This document shows, piece after piece, positions 13,602 to 26,496 of a stretch of DNA of 64,000 nt. A model generated the notes under the pieces. That model was not told where the DNA came from and ran no database searches. It saw nothing but the letters and a program-made list of their open reading frames with translations. Location of the stretch: positions 285,882,001 to 285,946,000 of the forward strand of contig OZ024743.1 of the NCBI GenBank assembly GCA_964016885.1, read 5' to 3'. The translations under genes were made by a program, and so were the position numbers. Source of the stretch: Eledone cirrhosa (taxonomy: Eukaryota). How positions within the stretch are numbered: the stretch's first letter is position 1; the number at the start of each line of letters is the position of its first letter.

Positions 13602-14239
13602 ATAGTGTTTGTTACCTTACTTTTTTCATATGGCCTTAATAATTGTATCAGCTATAGGCACCAGGCCATCAGTTTGAAGGGTGAGGTTGAAAGTCGATTA
13701 AATCGACTCCAGTGCATTACTGGTGCTTTATTTTATCGACCCCATAATGATGAAATGCACAGATTAACCTCGACAGGGTTTGACCTCAGAACGTTAAGGG
13801 ACGTAACTCTATGTAGTAAAACATAATGTCCTATGCTTTACCGATACTGTAATCCACCACCCTTCATATGGCCTTAATGATCAATAACATTTACACATAA
13901 TACATAAAGGGAGTGAAAGTGGGGTTAAAAGAAGAAATGTGTGTCGTCTGAACTAATATCCTCTACTTTCAACTAACATAGCCTACACCTCTTGGTCCCG
14001 GCTGACAGGATGGAGAATACAGCGCCCAGGAGGACGGGTTTCGGACCTGCGGGCGCCAACTCCGCTCCGATAGAAATGTGTAACATTGTGGCACGGCACC
14101 AATAAACACTTGAAGTCTCCACTACGACAGGCTCTACAACGAATTACATTTTAGTAAGAGATGAAGTAATACCACATCTGTCATTATCTTTGACAATCTA
14201 ATATGAAAATACTATACCTAAACATCGGAATTATCAAGT

Positions 14240-14321
14240 GGTAGCGTGGCCGAGCGGCCTAAGGCGCTGGTTTAAGGCACCAGTCTCTTCGGAGGCGTGG
14301 GTTCGAATCCCACCGCTGCCA
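14240..14321 (+). tRNA. tRNA-Leu(AAG), unit 7 (D-loop GGCCTAA variant)
   Basis: Cloverleaf intact, single T>C change in the D loop. Confidence 0.94.
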
Positions 14322-15107
14322 TTTTTTATTTTTTACTTTTTCATACATCAAGTTGATATGATTTTTAAAAGTAATTTATAGAATGTGTGCATGCACTTAC
14401 ACGCATAATTAATCGTAAGGTCCCCACTGTATATAAAGAATATGATGAGTATTTTTGCTGTCCACTCGGTTCAGCCGCGTCGGCTTAAGCTGCAAGGTGA
14501 GACCTGCAGCATCCCAGCCATGCTTGATAATCCCGTCAAGAGTAGCATGGCGTGGAAGGTGGTCGACACTATAGCGGCAACAATTGTATAAATGACATTA
14601 AAAATTGTTTAGAGGTCTTACAGAATGAAAATCTAGATAAAAAAAGTCGAATCATGTCACTCCGCGTCTCAATGCGTTCGTGAGGTGAATGAGTTAAAAC
14701 GAAGGAAGGAGGGTGGTGAAAATTCTACGGATAAACAAAAAAAAATCAAATAGAGTTTCATGATTTGCACAAGGCCTTGCACGGGTGGGTGTGGGTATGT
14801 GTGTATGTGTGATAGCGCTTTGCTCAGTGTTTACAGCGTTAGCCCTTGGTTTCGCCCGTGAATTCTTTCAGTCAAAAAGAAAATCACTCTTTTCTTCTCT
14901 GTTTTTCTCGCTGTTTTTCCTCCTTGGAGCCTCTTGAAATGTGTTTACCATCATTCCTTTGATATATAACTATTATGCAATACACACCTGATAATGTCAC
15001 TAGGTTCATACGTAACTTGACCACTGAAATGTGCTTAGTGTTTACGGGAATAAAAATTGGAAGGAATTCAATCTGTCCTGCCTGCAGTCAATTTACTTTA
15101 TAACATA

Positions 15108-15143
<36 letters not shown>

Positions 15144-15156
15144 GGGAGGGGGAGAA

Positions 15157-15248
<92 letters not shown>

Positions 15249-15680
15249 GGAAGAGTGGGGGTGAGAGAGAGATAATTACGTATATATTTGTGTGTGTGAT
15301 ATTTGGTCGTTACTTGTTCTCTTAAATCGAAAGATGACCTGAAGAAAGTTATATTTTAATCTCGACTAACCTGTAACTAAACAATATACAAATAACTGTT
15401 TCTACGTTAGGCAAAAGGCCACCAATTAACCAGTGCATTACTGGTACTTTATTTTATCGACCCCGTAAGGATGACAGGCAAAGTCAACTTTGGCGGGATT
15501 TGAACTCAGATCGTAAAGGGACTAATAGACATGAAATGGAGAATCCTATAACAGATACAGTTGAGTGATATGTAATGAAACATTGTTAAAAGATGAAGTA
15601 ATACCTCCATTGTAATACCTCCACTGTAATTCTCTGTTACTAATATACAAATATGATAACTGAGAATTAATGTCAACGCT

Positions 15681-15762
15681 GGTAGTGTGGCCTAGTGGTC
15701 TAAGGCGCTGGTTTTAGGCACCAGTCTCTTTGGAGGCGTGGGTTCGAATCCCATCACTGCCA
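15681..15762 (+). tRNA. tRNA-Leu(UAG), unit 8 (G13T variant)
   Basis: As 7081-7162. Confidence 0.93.
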
Positions 15763-16388
15763 ATAGTGTTTGTTTCCATACTTTTTTTCATATGGCCTTA
15801 ATAATTGTATCAGCTATAGGCACCAGGCCATCATTTTGAATTCGATTAAATCGACTCCAGTGCATTACTGGTGCTTTATTTTACCGACCCCCATAAGGAT
15901 GAAATGCAAAGCTTAACCTCGGCAGGGTTTGACCTCAGAACGTTAAGGGACGTAACTCTATGTCGTAAAGCATAATGTACTATGCTTTACCGATACTGTA
16001 ATCCACCACCCTTCATATGGCCTTAATGATCAATAATATTTACACATAATACATAAAGGGAGTGAAAGTGGGGTGAAAAGAAGAAATGTGTGTCGTCTGA
16101 ACTAATATCCTCTACTTTCAACTAACTTAGCCTACACCTCTTGGTCCCGGCTGACAGGATGGAGAATACAGCGCCCAGGAGGACGGGTTTCGGACCTGCG
16201 GGCGCCAACTCCGCTCCGATAGAAATGTGTAACATTGTGGCACGGCACCAATAAACACTTGAAGTCTCCTCTACGACAGGCTCTACAACGAATTACATTT
16301 TAGTAAGAGATGAAGTAATACCACATCTGTCATTATCTTTGACAATCTAATATGAAAATACTATACCTAAACATCGGAATTATCAAGT

Positions 16389-16470
16389 GGTAGCGTGGCC
16401 GAGCGGCCTAAGGCGCTGGTTTAAGGCACCAGTCTCTTCGGAGGCGTGGGTTCGAATCCCACCGCTGCCA
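16389..16470 (+). tRNA. tRNA-Leu(AAG), unit 8 (D-loop GGCCTAA variant)
   Basis: As 14240-14321. Confidence 0.94.
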
Positions 16471-17255
16471 TTTTTTATTTTTTACTTTTTCATACATCAA
16501 GTTGATATGATTTTTAAAAGTAATTTATAGAATGTGTGCATGCACTTACACGCATAATTAATCGTAAGGTCCCCACTGTATATAAAGAATATGATGAGTA
16601 TTTTTGCTGTCCACTCGGTTCAGCCGCGTCGGCTTAAGCTGCAAGGTGAGACCTGCAGCATCCCAGCCATGCTTGATAATCCCGTCAAGAGTAGCATGGC
16701 GTGGAAGGTGGTCGACACTATAGCGGCAACAATTGTATAAATGACATTAAAAATTGTTTAGAGGTCTTACAGAATGAAAATCTAGATAAAAAAAGTCGAA
16801 TCATGTCACTCCGCGTCTCAATGCGTTCGTGAGGTGAATGAGTTAAAACGAAGGAAGGAGGGTGGTGAAAATTCTACGGATAAACAAAAAAAAATCAAAT
16901 AGAGTTTCATGATTTGCACAAGGCCTTGCACGGGTGGGTGTGGGTATGTGTGTATGTGTGATAGCGCTTTGCTCAGTGTTTACAGCGTTAGCCCTTGGTT
17001 TCGCCCGTGAATTCTTTCAGTCACAAAGAAAATCACTCTTTTCTTCTCTGTTTTTCTCGCTGTTTTTCCTCCTTGGAGCCTCTTGAAATGTGTTTACCAT
17101 CATTCCTTTGATATATAACTATTATGCAATACACACCTGATAATGTCACTAGGTTCATACGTAACTTGACCACTGAAATGTGCTTAGTGTTTACGGGAAT
17201 AAAAATTGGAAGGAATTCAATCTGTCCTGCCTGCAGTCAATTTACTTTATAACAT

Positions 17256-17300
<45 letters not shown>

Positions 17301-17311
17301 GAGGGGGAGAA

Positions 17312-17427
<116 letters not shown>

Positions 17428-17859
17428 GGAAGAGTGGGGGTGAGAGAGAGATAATTACGTATATATTTGTGTGTGTGATATTTGGTCGTTACTTGTTCTC
17501 TTAAATTGAAAGATGACCTGAAGAAAGTTATATTTTAATCTCGACTAACCTGTAACTAAACAATATACAAATAACTGTTTCTACGTTAGGCACAAGGCCA
17601 CCAATTAACCAGTGCATTACTGGTACTTTATTTTATCGACCCCGTAAGGATGACAGGCAAAGTCAACTTTGGCGGGATTTGAACTCAGATCGTAAAGGGA
17701 CTAATAGACATGAAATGGAGAATCCTATAACAGATACAGTTGAGTGATATGTAATGAAACATTGTTAAAAGATGAAGTAATACCTCCATTGTAATACCTC
17801 CACTGCAATTCTCTGTTACTAATATACAAATATGATAACTGAGAATTAATGTCAACGCT

Positions 17860-17941
17860 GGTAGTGTGGCCGAGTGGTCTAAGGCGCTGGTTTTAGGCAC
17901 CAGTCTCTTTGGAGGCGTGGGTTCGAATCCCATCACTGCCA
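17860..17941 (+). tRNA. tRNA-Leu(UAG), unit 9
   Basis: As 623-704. Confidence 0.95.
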
Positions 17942-18568
17942 ATAGTGTTTGTTTCCATACTTTTTTTCATATGGCCTTAATAATTGTATCAGCTATAGGC
18001 ACCAGGCCATCATTTTGAATTCGATTAAATCGACTCCAGTGCATTACTGGTGCTTTATTTTACCGACCCCCATAAGGATGAAATGCAAAGCTTAACCTCG
18101 GCAGGGTTTGACCTCAGAACGTTAAGGGACGTAACTCTATGTCGTAAAGCATAATGTACTATGCTTTACCGATACTGTAATCCACCACCCTTCATATGGC
18201 CTTAATGATCAATAATATTTACACATAATACATAAAGGGAGTGAAAGTGGGGTGAAAAGAAGAAATGTGTGTCGTCTGAACTAATATCCTCTACTTTCAA
18301 CTAACTTAGCCTACACCTCTTGGTCCCGGCTGACAGGATGGAGAATACAGCGCCCAGGAGGACGGGTTTCGGACCTGCGGGCGGCCAACTCCGCTCCGAT
18401 AGAAATGTGTAACATTGTGGCACGGTACCAATAAACATTTGAAGTCTCCTCTACGACAGGCTCTACAACGAATTACATTTTAGTAAGAGATGAAGTAATA
18501 CCACATCCGTCATTATCTTTGACAATCTAATATGAAAATACTATACCTAAACGTCAGAATTATCAAGT

Positions 18569-18650
18569 GGTAGCGTGGCCGAGCGGTCTAAGGCGCTGGT
18601 TTAAGGCACCAGTCTCTTCGGAGGCGTGGGTTCGAATCCCACCGCTGCCA
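18569..18650 (+). tRNA. tRNA-Leu(AAG), unit 9
   Basis: Canonical copy. Confidence 0.96.
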
Positions 18651-19438
18651 TTTTTTATTTTTTACTTTTTCATACATCAAGTTGATATGATTTTTAAAAG
18701 TAATTTGTAGAATGTGTGCATGCACTTACACGCATAATTAATCGTAAGGTCCCCACTGAATATAAAGGATATGATGAGTATTTTTGCTGTCCACTCGGTT
18801 CAGCCGTGTCGGCTTAAGCTGCAAGGTGAGACCTGCAGCATCCCAGCCATGCTTGATAATCCCGTCAAGAGTAGCATGGCGTGGAAGGTGGTCGACACTA
18901 TAGCGGCAACAATTGTATAAATGACATTAAAAATTGTTTAGAGGTCTTACAAAATGAAAATCTAGATTAAAAAAAGTCGAATCATGTCACTCCGCGTCTC
19001 AATGCGTTCGTGAGGTGAATGAGTTAAAACGAAGGAAGGAGGGTGGTGAAAATTCTACGGATAAACAAAAAAAAATCAAATAGCGTTTCATGATTTGCAC
19101 AAAGCCTTGCACGGGTGAGTGTGGGTATGTGTGTATGTGTGATAGCGCTTTGCTCAATGTTTACAGCGTTAGCCCTTGGTTTCGCCCGTGAATTCTTTCA
19201 GTCAAAAAGAAAATCACCCTTTTTCTTCTCTGTTTTTCTCGCTGTTTTTCCTCCTTGGAGCCTCTTGAAATGTGTTTACCATCATTCCTTTGATATATAA
19301 CTATTATGCAATACACACCTGATAATGTCACTAGGTTCATACGTAACTTGACCACTGAAATGTGCTTAGTGTTTACGGGAATAAAAATTGGAAGGAATTC
19401 AATCTGTCCTGCCTGCAGTCAATTTACTTTATAACATA

Positions 19439-19472
<34 letters not shown>

Positions 19473-19501
19473 GGGGGGATAGAGAGGGAGAGATAGAGAG
19501 A

Positions 19502-19554
<53 letters not shown>

Positions 19555-19986
19555 TGAAGAGTGGGGGTGAGAGAGAGATAATTACGTATATATTTGTTTT
19601 TGTGATATTTGGTCGTTACTTGTTCTCTTAAATCGAAAGATGACCTGAAGAAAGTTATATTTTAATCTCGACTAACCTGTAACTAAACAATATACAAATA
19701 ACTGTTTCTACGTTAGGCACAAGGCCACCAATTAACCAGTGCATTACTGGTACTTTATTTTATCGACCCCGTAAGGATGACAGGCAAAGTCAACTTTGGC
19801 GGGATTTGAACTCAGATCGTAAAGGGACTAACAGACATGAAATGGAGAATCCTATAACAGATACAGTTGAGTGATATGTAATGAAACATTGTTAAAAGAT
19901 GAAGTAATACCTCCATTGTAATACCTCCACTGTAATTCTCTGTTACTAATATACAAATATGATAACTGAGAATTAATGTCAACGCT

Positions 19987-20068
19987 GGTAGTGTGGCCGA
20001 GTGGTCTAAGGCGCTGGTTTTAGGCACCAGTCTCTTTGGAGGCGTGGGTTCGAATCCCATCACTGCCA
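19987..20068 (+). tRNA. tRNA-Leu(UAG), unit 10 (unit truncated before its AAG gene)
   Basis: As 623-704. Confidence 0.95.
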
Positions 20069-20730
20069 ATAGTGTTTGTTACCTTACTTTTTTCATATGG
20101 CCTTAATAATTGTATCAGCTATAGGCACCAGGCCATCAGTTTGAAGGGTGAGGTTGAAAGTCGATTAAATCGACTCCAGTGCATTACTGGTGCTTTATTT
20201 TATCGACCCCATAAGGATGAAATGCACAGATTAACCTCGACAGGGTTTGACCTCAGAATGTTAAGGGACGTAACTCTATGTAGTAAAACATAATGTCCTA
20301 TGCTTTACCGATACTGTAATCCACCACCCTTCATATGGCCTTAATGATCAATAATATTTACACATAATACATAAAGTGAGTGAAAGTGGGGTTAAAAGAA
20401 GAAATGTGTGTCGTCTGAACTAATATCCTCTACTTTCAACTAACTTAGCCTACACCTCTTGGTCCCGGCTGACAGGATGGAGAATACAGCGCCCAGGAGG
20501 ACGGGTTTCGGACCTGCGGGCGCCAACTCCGCTCCGATAGAAATGTGTAACATTGTGGCACGGTACCAATAAACATTTGAAGTCTCCTCTACATCTGATA
20601 GTTTGTAAAAATTTTACATAGATCTATATGATATACATACCAACACACATATATATCCTAGAAACGATCGAAAAATGATGAATTTTTTAATATAAGGAAC
20701 TTGTTCTTTGTTTTTATTCATTGTTTTTTA

Positions 20731-20824
<94 letters not shown>

Positions 20825-20838
20825 CATATATATATATA

Positions 20839-20871
<33 letters not shown>

Positions 20872-20872
20872 G

Positions 20873-21081
20873 TATTACAAAATAACAGGAGGCATGTTCT
20901 GGTGTAAATCCTTGAAAGGTTTATATGTGTGTATGTGTGAAAGCGCATGGCTCAGTGTGTACAGCGTTAGCTCTTGCTTTCGCCCGTGAATTCTTTGAGT
21001 CAAAAACAAAATCACTCTTTTTCTTCTCAGTTTTTTTCTCTCTGATTTACACCAGAACATGCCTCCTGTTATTTTGTAATA
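20873..21081. repeat. 38-bp inverted repeat enclosing a diverged copy of the array spacer
   Basis: TATTACAAAATAACAGGAGGCATGTTCTGGTGTAAATC (20873-20910) and its reverse complement (21044-21081). Confidence 0.9.
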
Positions 21082-21215
21082 ATTAACTCCGTACTCGCAC
21101 CACCAACTACACAAACGAAGACGAGTGGTTGCATTACGTTCAGTGCTTTCCATAACATTATATCGTGGCTGACCACACAGAATGACCAGTTCTATCCAAT
21201 AGTGAACCAACAAAC

Positions 21216-21297
<82 letters not shown>

Positions 21298-21431
21298 TAC
21301 TTTGGGAGGGTCATGTTGCCAATAAGAAACACACGCATCATTGCTTTCACTTCAATTTATTATAAATTAAATTTATAAATTTAGGAATTTATATATTTCT
21401 GGTTGGTTGGTTGGTTCCACAACCAGACGAT

Positions 21432-21485
21432 TGTTCATATATTGTCAAAGTTATTTCGTCACACATTCTGTGACCTCTTCAGTGA
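21432..21485 (-). ncRNA. Second hammerhead-like motif (mirror copy)
   Basis: Minus strand TCA-CTGAAGAGGTCACAGAATGTGTGACGAAATA...TATA-TGAACA; short stem III present, stem I truncated. Confidence 0.6.
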
Positions 21486-21569
21486 CTGAGGATTCTTTTC
21501 TCTGTTTTTGTGCCTCTCCTTTGTTCTGTCCTACGCCATCTTGTTTTTGTGTGTGTTCACACAAAAGTA

Positions 21570-21626
21570 TGTTCACTGAAGAGGTCACAGTATGTGTGAC
21601 GAAAGAACTTTGACAATATATGAACA
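21570..21626 (+). ncRNA. Type I minimal hammerhead ribozyme-like motif
   Basis: TGTTCA-CTGAAGA-GGTCACA(gtatg)TGTGAC-GAAA-...-ATA-TGAACA: stem I, CUGANGA core, stem II, GAAA and an NUH site. Confidence 0.7.
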
Positions 21627-21819
21627 ATCGTCTGGTTGTGGAACCAACCAACCAGAAATTTATAAATTCCTAAATTTATAAATTTAATTTATAATAAATT
21701 GAAGTGAAGCAACTGGTGCGTGTGTTTCTTATTGGCAACATGACCCTCCCAAAGTATAAAAATATCGGTTTCAACACACGTTTTCAGATAAAGAATCTTG
21801 CTAAACAAATTCAGAAACG

Positions 21820-21851
<32 letters not shown>

Positions 21852-21855
21852 ATTA

Positions 21856-22260
21856 TTATTATAAATGTAAGCTATCACCGTATTTTGACTAAAGGAATTA
21901 AAGAAATTATTTAGCCTGATAGTGGGGTTAAGAACCCTCGGAGAAATGGAAAAAGATGAGTATTGACGTACATGGGAGTCGAACCCACATCTTTGGTTAT
22001 CCAGACCACTGTGCTACCATTTACACCAACACATCACATTTTTGGCTATCCAGACCACTGTGCTACCATTTACACCAACACATGTGTTGGTGTAAATGGT
22101 AGCACAGTGGTCTGGATAACCAAAGATGTGGGTTCGACTCCCATGTACGTCAATACTCATCTTTTTCCATTTCTCCGAGGGTTCTTAACCCCACTATCAG
22201 GCTAAATAATTTCTTTAATTCCTTTCGTCAAAATACGGCGATAGCTTACACTTATAATAA
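21856..22260. repeat. 179-bp-arm inverted repeat whose arms contain a tRNA-like Pol III head
   Basis: 21856-22034 and 22082-22260 are reverse complements. A-box-like TGGTGTAAATGG and B box GGTTCGACTCC in each arm. Internal partial duplication at 22041-22083. Confidence 0.85.
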
Positions 22261-22285
22261 TTTCAAACCAGCTCGCTGTTTCGAA

Positions 22286-22333
<48 letters not shown>

Positions 22334-22601
22334 GAGAAGAATGAATACTGCGTGGTTGCACATGGGTTACATATGGTAAAAATAGTCCTTCATCAGTGAT
22401 TTTCCAACCTTCATTGGTAATTCATCGCATTAAAAATCATATACCTCCAGTTGGTGCGAGCAATAGCTAAATAAAGCTATTGGGACAAGTAAATCGCGTA
22501 AAGCGAGCGAGACAAGTAAACAAACATAGAAGGATAGCAACGCATAGATAGGAAAAAAGAAGCACATGGGAGTCCGATCAGCTTAAGCTATATATATATA
22601 C

Positions 22602-22678
<77 letters not shown>

Positions 22679-23582
22679 TACATATATATATAAATATTGA
22701 AGTTTCCGTTGAAAATTGAAAAAGTCAGAGAAATGAAGAGTGCTCTATGTAAGTTACAGAGCTAAATATTTAATGTATAATAAACAATACAGTATAATTA
22801 CCTCATTACCAGAGGTTTCCCGAATAAGACGAATACAAGACACGTCCGCATTCGTTCATCAGACAAGGCACTTTGCAGTGTCTTTGTAATTAGTCCACAG
22901 ACATTTTAAAGAAATCTAAAAATTTTTTTATTCAAATATTGCTCACCCAAAGCAGATAAACTGAACTGCACGAAGATATGGAGCGACAGTCTCATGATCT
23001 GTTTGCTCTACGAGTTCCTGAATAGATTGTCAACCCCCTTCATTGACATAGGTGGATAACAGAGTGGAGAGTTAGAAGAACTGATAACTTTTCAAAATGA
23101 CATTCCTAAATTCCACAAGTGCTTTCAAGAATTTCGGTTTCAAAAGGCTATCTGTGACCGGATCAAATTGTTCTTCTTTGCTTTTCCAACATCATATTTG
23201 GTTGAGAGAAGATTCAGTGTGGTCACTTTGCCTTCTTACGAAGCAGCAGTCCAAGCTCTGAATTACGGGACGTGGAGATCTTCAGCCCGAGATTGACAAG
23301 CTATTTTCACTTCACCAAATTCATCCTTCTCTGTGAACCCCCTCCCTGAAAACCTATCTGGGTGGGCTGTTTTTTCTCCAATGTGCGTTGTAAATTTGTG
23401 CATTATTTTATTGAGTAAGAATATATTTGCGTATGTAGAAAGGCACTTTTTTGGTAATGGATTGGGGGACGCTGTGTTAGGTCGATCTTGTTATAAAGAA
23501 TTTTTCGTTACAACGAATTTTTTTATAATCCGTGGATTTCGTTATAACGGAATGTCACTGTATTTATAATATTAGAGTATTT

Positions 23583-23768
23583 GGTGGATTGGCAGTATCG
23601 GTAGAGGGTCTGACGCCATGCTTTGCAGCAAAAAGTTACGGCCCTTTATGGTCTGAGTTCAAATCCCGCCTAGGTTAACTTTGCCTTTCATCCTTACGGG
23701 GTCGATAAAATAAAGTACTAGTATTATACTGGGATAATTGCTGGCCTTGTGCCAAAAGTAGAAACAAT
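23583..23768 (+). mobile_element. tRNA-derived SINE, near full length (central part resembles the MetaSINE domain)
   Basis: GGTGGATTGGCAGTATCGGTAGAG head, GAGTTCAAATCC B box, GCCTTTCATCCTTACGGGGTCGATAAAATAAAGTAC core, GTAGAAACAAT tail. Confidence 0.85.
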
Positions 23769-23782
23769 TATATACATATATA

Positions 23783-23968
23783 CAGTGAAATTCAGTTATA
23801 ACTAAATTCACAGATTTTAAAAAAATTCGTTGTAACGAAAAATTCTTTATAACAAGATCGACCGAAACAAATCGAGCGTTTGTTTGTTATTACTGCGAGG
23901 ATTGAAAAAGAATTCGTTATACTGAAAAGTTCGTTATAATGGTATTCGTTATAACAGAATTTTACCTG
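23783..23968. mobile_element. Tc1/pogo(Tigger)-like MITE; an opposite-orientation partial copy lies at 23474-23560
   Basis: TA-CAGTGAAATTCAGTTATAAC ... GTTATAACAGAATTTTACCTG-TA. Confidence 0.7.
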
Positions 23969-24313
23969 TAATAGTATATTAACTATCAAATGATATATAT
24001 TATATAGTAAAATAAAAAATGTATATTTATTTATACATAGTATATATTATATTATTTATTATACATAAATTAACGATTTCATTATGTATTATTTATAATT
24101 TGCATGTAGATAGGTCTCTCTGGAAATAGGGGTGGGGGGCTGAGAGTATAATATAGCCGTGAGGAGGGGGGGGGCGGTCGCCCAAAAGGTTTGAGAAGCT
24201 CACTGACTGATTGCTGACTGACTGCTTGCTAATTGACTGCTTGCTTCTAACATACACTGAATCAACTAACTTGTCAAAAAAATACATTATAATTCAGCAT
24301 GCTAACTACAGTT

Positions 24314-24395
24314 GGTAGCGTGGCCGAGCGGTCTAAGGCGCTGGTTTAAGGCACCAGTCTCTCCGGAGGCGTGGGTTCGAATCCCACCGCTGCCA
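24314..24395 (+). tRNA. tRNA-Leu(AAG), orphan copy outside the array
   Basis: Intact cloverleaf (variable arm CTCTCCGGAGG), long T terminator, unique flanks. Confidence 0.95.
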
Positions 24396-24877
24396 ATTTT
24401 TTTTTTTTAATATAAGATGAAATTGACATTTAAGGTCTCCGTATGATGTTATACACCTACACTGTATCGTTCCTACCATAGGGTATTATTGCGGTTTTGT
24501 AAAATATAAAAAGTATTTTTTAAATATACCTGTTGTCATTGACTGCAGGGTTTTCTTAGAAAAGAAAACAAACTCACACATAAAGAAACACATATGCAAA
24601 CTAAGATACATGCACACACAGATTCACACACATGGTGCAGTTAGACAAACAAAAGTTCTAATTGAATTTTAACACATTATAGAAATTATTAGTGTTAAAA
24701 CTTTTGATAACGGTTATTTTTTTCAAGGTATATAAGGGAGCCAACTTTTAACAATTAAATGAGTCTTTCAAAATTGTCCATTTCCATTAATTTTAATTGT
24801 CTTGACAGTGAATTATTTTCAAACAAGAAACATTGTTAAAAGTAAAATACAATACCTGGTTGTGTGAGTTATAATAT

Positions 24878-24959
24878 GGTAGCATGGTCGAGTAGTCTAA
24901 GACGCTAGTTTTAGGCACCAGTCTTTCCAGAGGTGTGGTTTCGGATCCCACCACTGCCA
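24878..24959 (+). pseudogene. Degenerate tRNA-Leu(UAG) pseudogene
   Basis: GGTAGCATGGTCGAGTAGTCTAAGACGCTAGTTTTAGGCACCAG...GGTTTCGGATCCCACCACTGCCA: many transitions, damaged A/B boxes and stems. Confidence 0.85.
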
Positions 24960-24984
24960 ATGTTATTTGTAGTTATTATTTGTA

Positions 24985-25300
24985 AGTGGATGAGTTCAAA
25001 TCCTGCCGAGGTTGACTTTGCCTTTCATCCTTACGGGGTCGATAAAATAAAGTACCAGTAATACACTGGGTAATTGCTGGCCTTGTGCCTAAAGTAGAAA
25101 CAATTATTTGTTAGTGGATTGGCAGTATCGGTAGAAGGTCGGAAGCCATGCTTTGTCGCATAGAGTTACGGCCCTTGCCATTCTGAGTTCAAATCCCGCC
25201 GAGGTTAACTTTGCCTTTCATCCTTATGGGGTCAATAAAATAAAGTACCAGTAACACACTGGGTAATTGCTGGCCTTGTGCCAAAAAGTAGAAACAATTA
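24985..25300 (+). mobile_element. Two tandem copies of the same SINE (first one 5' truncated)
   Basis: Same core and tail as 23583-23768. Confidence 0.85.
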
Positions 25301-25596
25301 TTTGTAAATAGATATACCAAACTTTTAGGGAATCTGTGTGTATAGGAAGAATGGACAGCTTCTTGTTGCCTTACAATCTCTAAACAAATGCTTTAGTATT
25401 TGTAATTTTACTGCAGAGTCCTCTCACAGATCCTGAGTATTACACTCCTCCCAATTGTGTTCCTGTAATGTTTTATTATTCTATTTCATTCTTTTCACAC
25501 AAAAAAAAACATTGTAAAGTAATTCCTGATATGGAGCCGGCAGGACTGGACCGAGGGGACGGCAAATGGTCAGACGGCATGACCATCTTCCCTTTC

Positions 25597-25647
<51 letters not shown>

Positions 25648-26404
25648 TTATGAAAATAAATGTTAGCGTTTTTTTTTTGTTCTTTTTTAGAAAATACTTT
25701 GAATTGTAGCACATCTTAAATTACATATATATATGTGTGTGTGCGTGTGTTTGTGAGTATGTGTGTGATATATATATGTTATCTAAATTCTCACTTCACC
25801 CCACCCTCCCATTAAAGTAATATCTTATTCTTTTATTCTTGTATTCTCATGCAAAACCTTCTATAAGTCCCCACTATTTTATTATGTGTTCCTCTATGTA
25901 TGCAGTGTGCATACAAATAGTATATACACTTCACTACTATATCTGTTTTTAACCCCTATACTTTACTTGATCTTATTTACTTCTATATAAGCCACTTTTT
26001 ACTGTTAATTCTTCACTTCTATATAACCTACTTCTTATTGTTAACTTTTCACTTAAATATACCCTTTAAGCCCCATCTGTAAATAACCCCACCCCTCCAC
26101 CCTACTCCACCCCTACTCCATTCCTACCCACTAACCACCTCACCTCACTCACACTACTTCCTTCTCCTGACCCCTTACCTGTCTGGATATACTTACAACT
26201 ATCTGTCCCTCATTTTCTCCATCTATCCAGCCTACTACTTTGATAAACTCAACCAAAGCACTACCAAGACCAGTGGCCTCTTTTTTCATGCCCTACACAT
26301 ATTACTACGCCCACTAACACTAAAAACACAATAGAGTCAAAATTTAGTTGAATGACGATTATCTCCTGTCCTTTGAAACAATATAGGTCCGAGTTTGAGG
26401 ACAA

Positions 26405-26451
<47 letters not shown>

Positions 26452-26460
26452 TGCCATAGA

Positions 26461-26496
<36 letters not shown>

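Larger units (their letters stand above)
21295..21759. mobile_element. Penelope-like inverted-repeat remnant (~190-bp arms) next to (TA)n
   Basis: Arms 21295-21485 and 21573-21759 are near-perfect reverse complements and each contains a hammerhead core. Confidence 0.7.
22394..24205 (+). mobile_element. Decayed hAT (Charlie-like) transposon pieces with nested insertions; transposase C-terminus at ~22960-23336
   Basis: Translations LHEDMERQSHDLF..IVNPFID, IKLFFFAFPTSYLVERRFSVV and QPEIDKLFSLHQIHPSL*. TIR-like CAGTGATTTTCCAACCT at 22394 and AAGGTTTGAGAAGCTCACTG ending at 24205. May be more than one element. Confidence 0.7.

Noticed and set aside
22084-22152. Possible extra tRNA gene (and its mirror at 21964-22032)
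   Set aside because: A/B boxes are present but there is no proper acceptor or anticodon stem; treated as the tRNA-like head of a repeat
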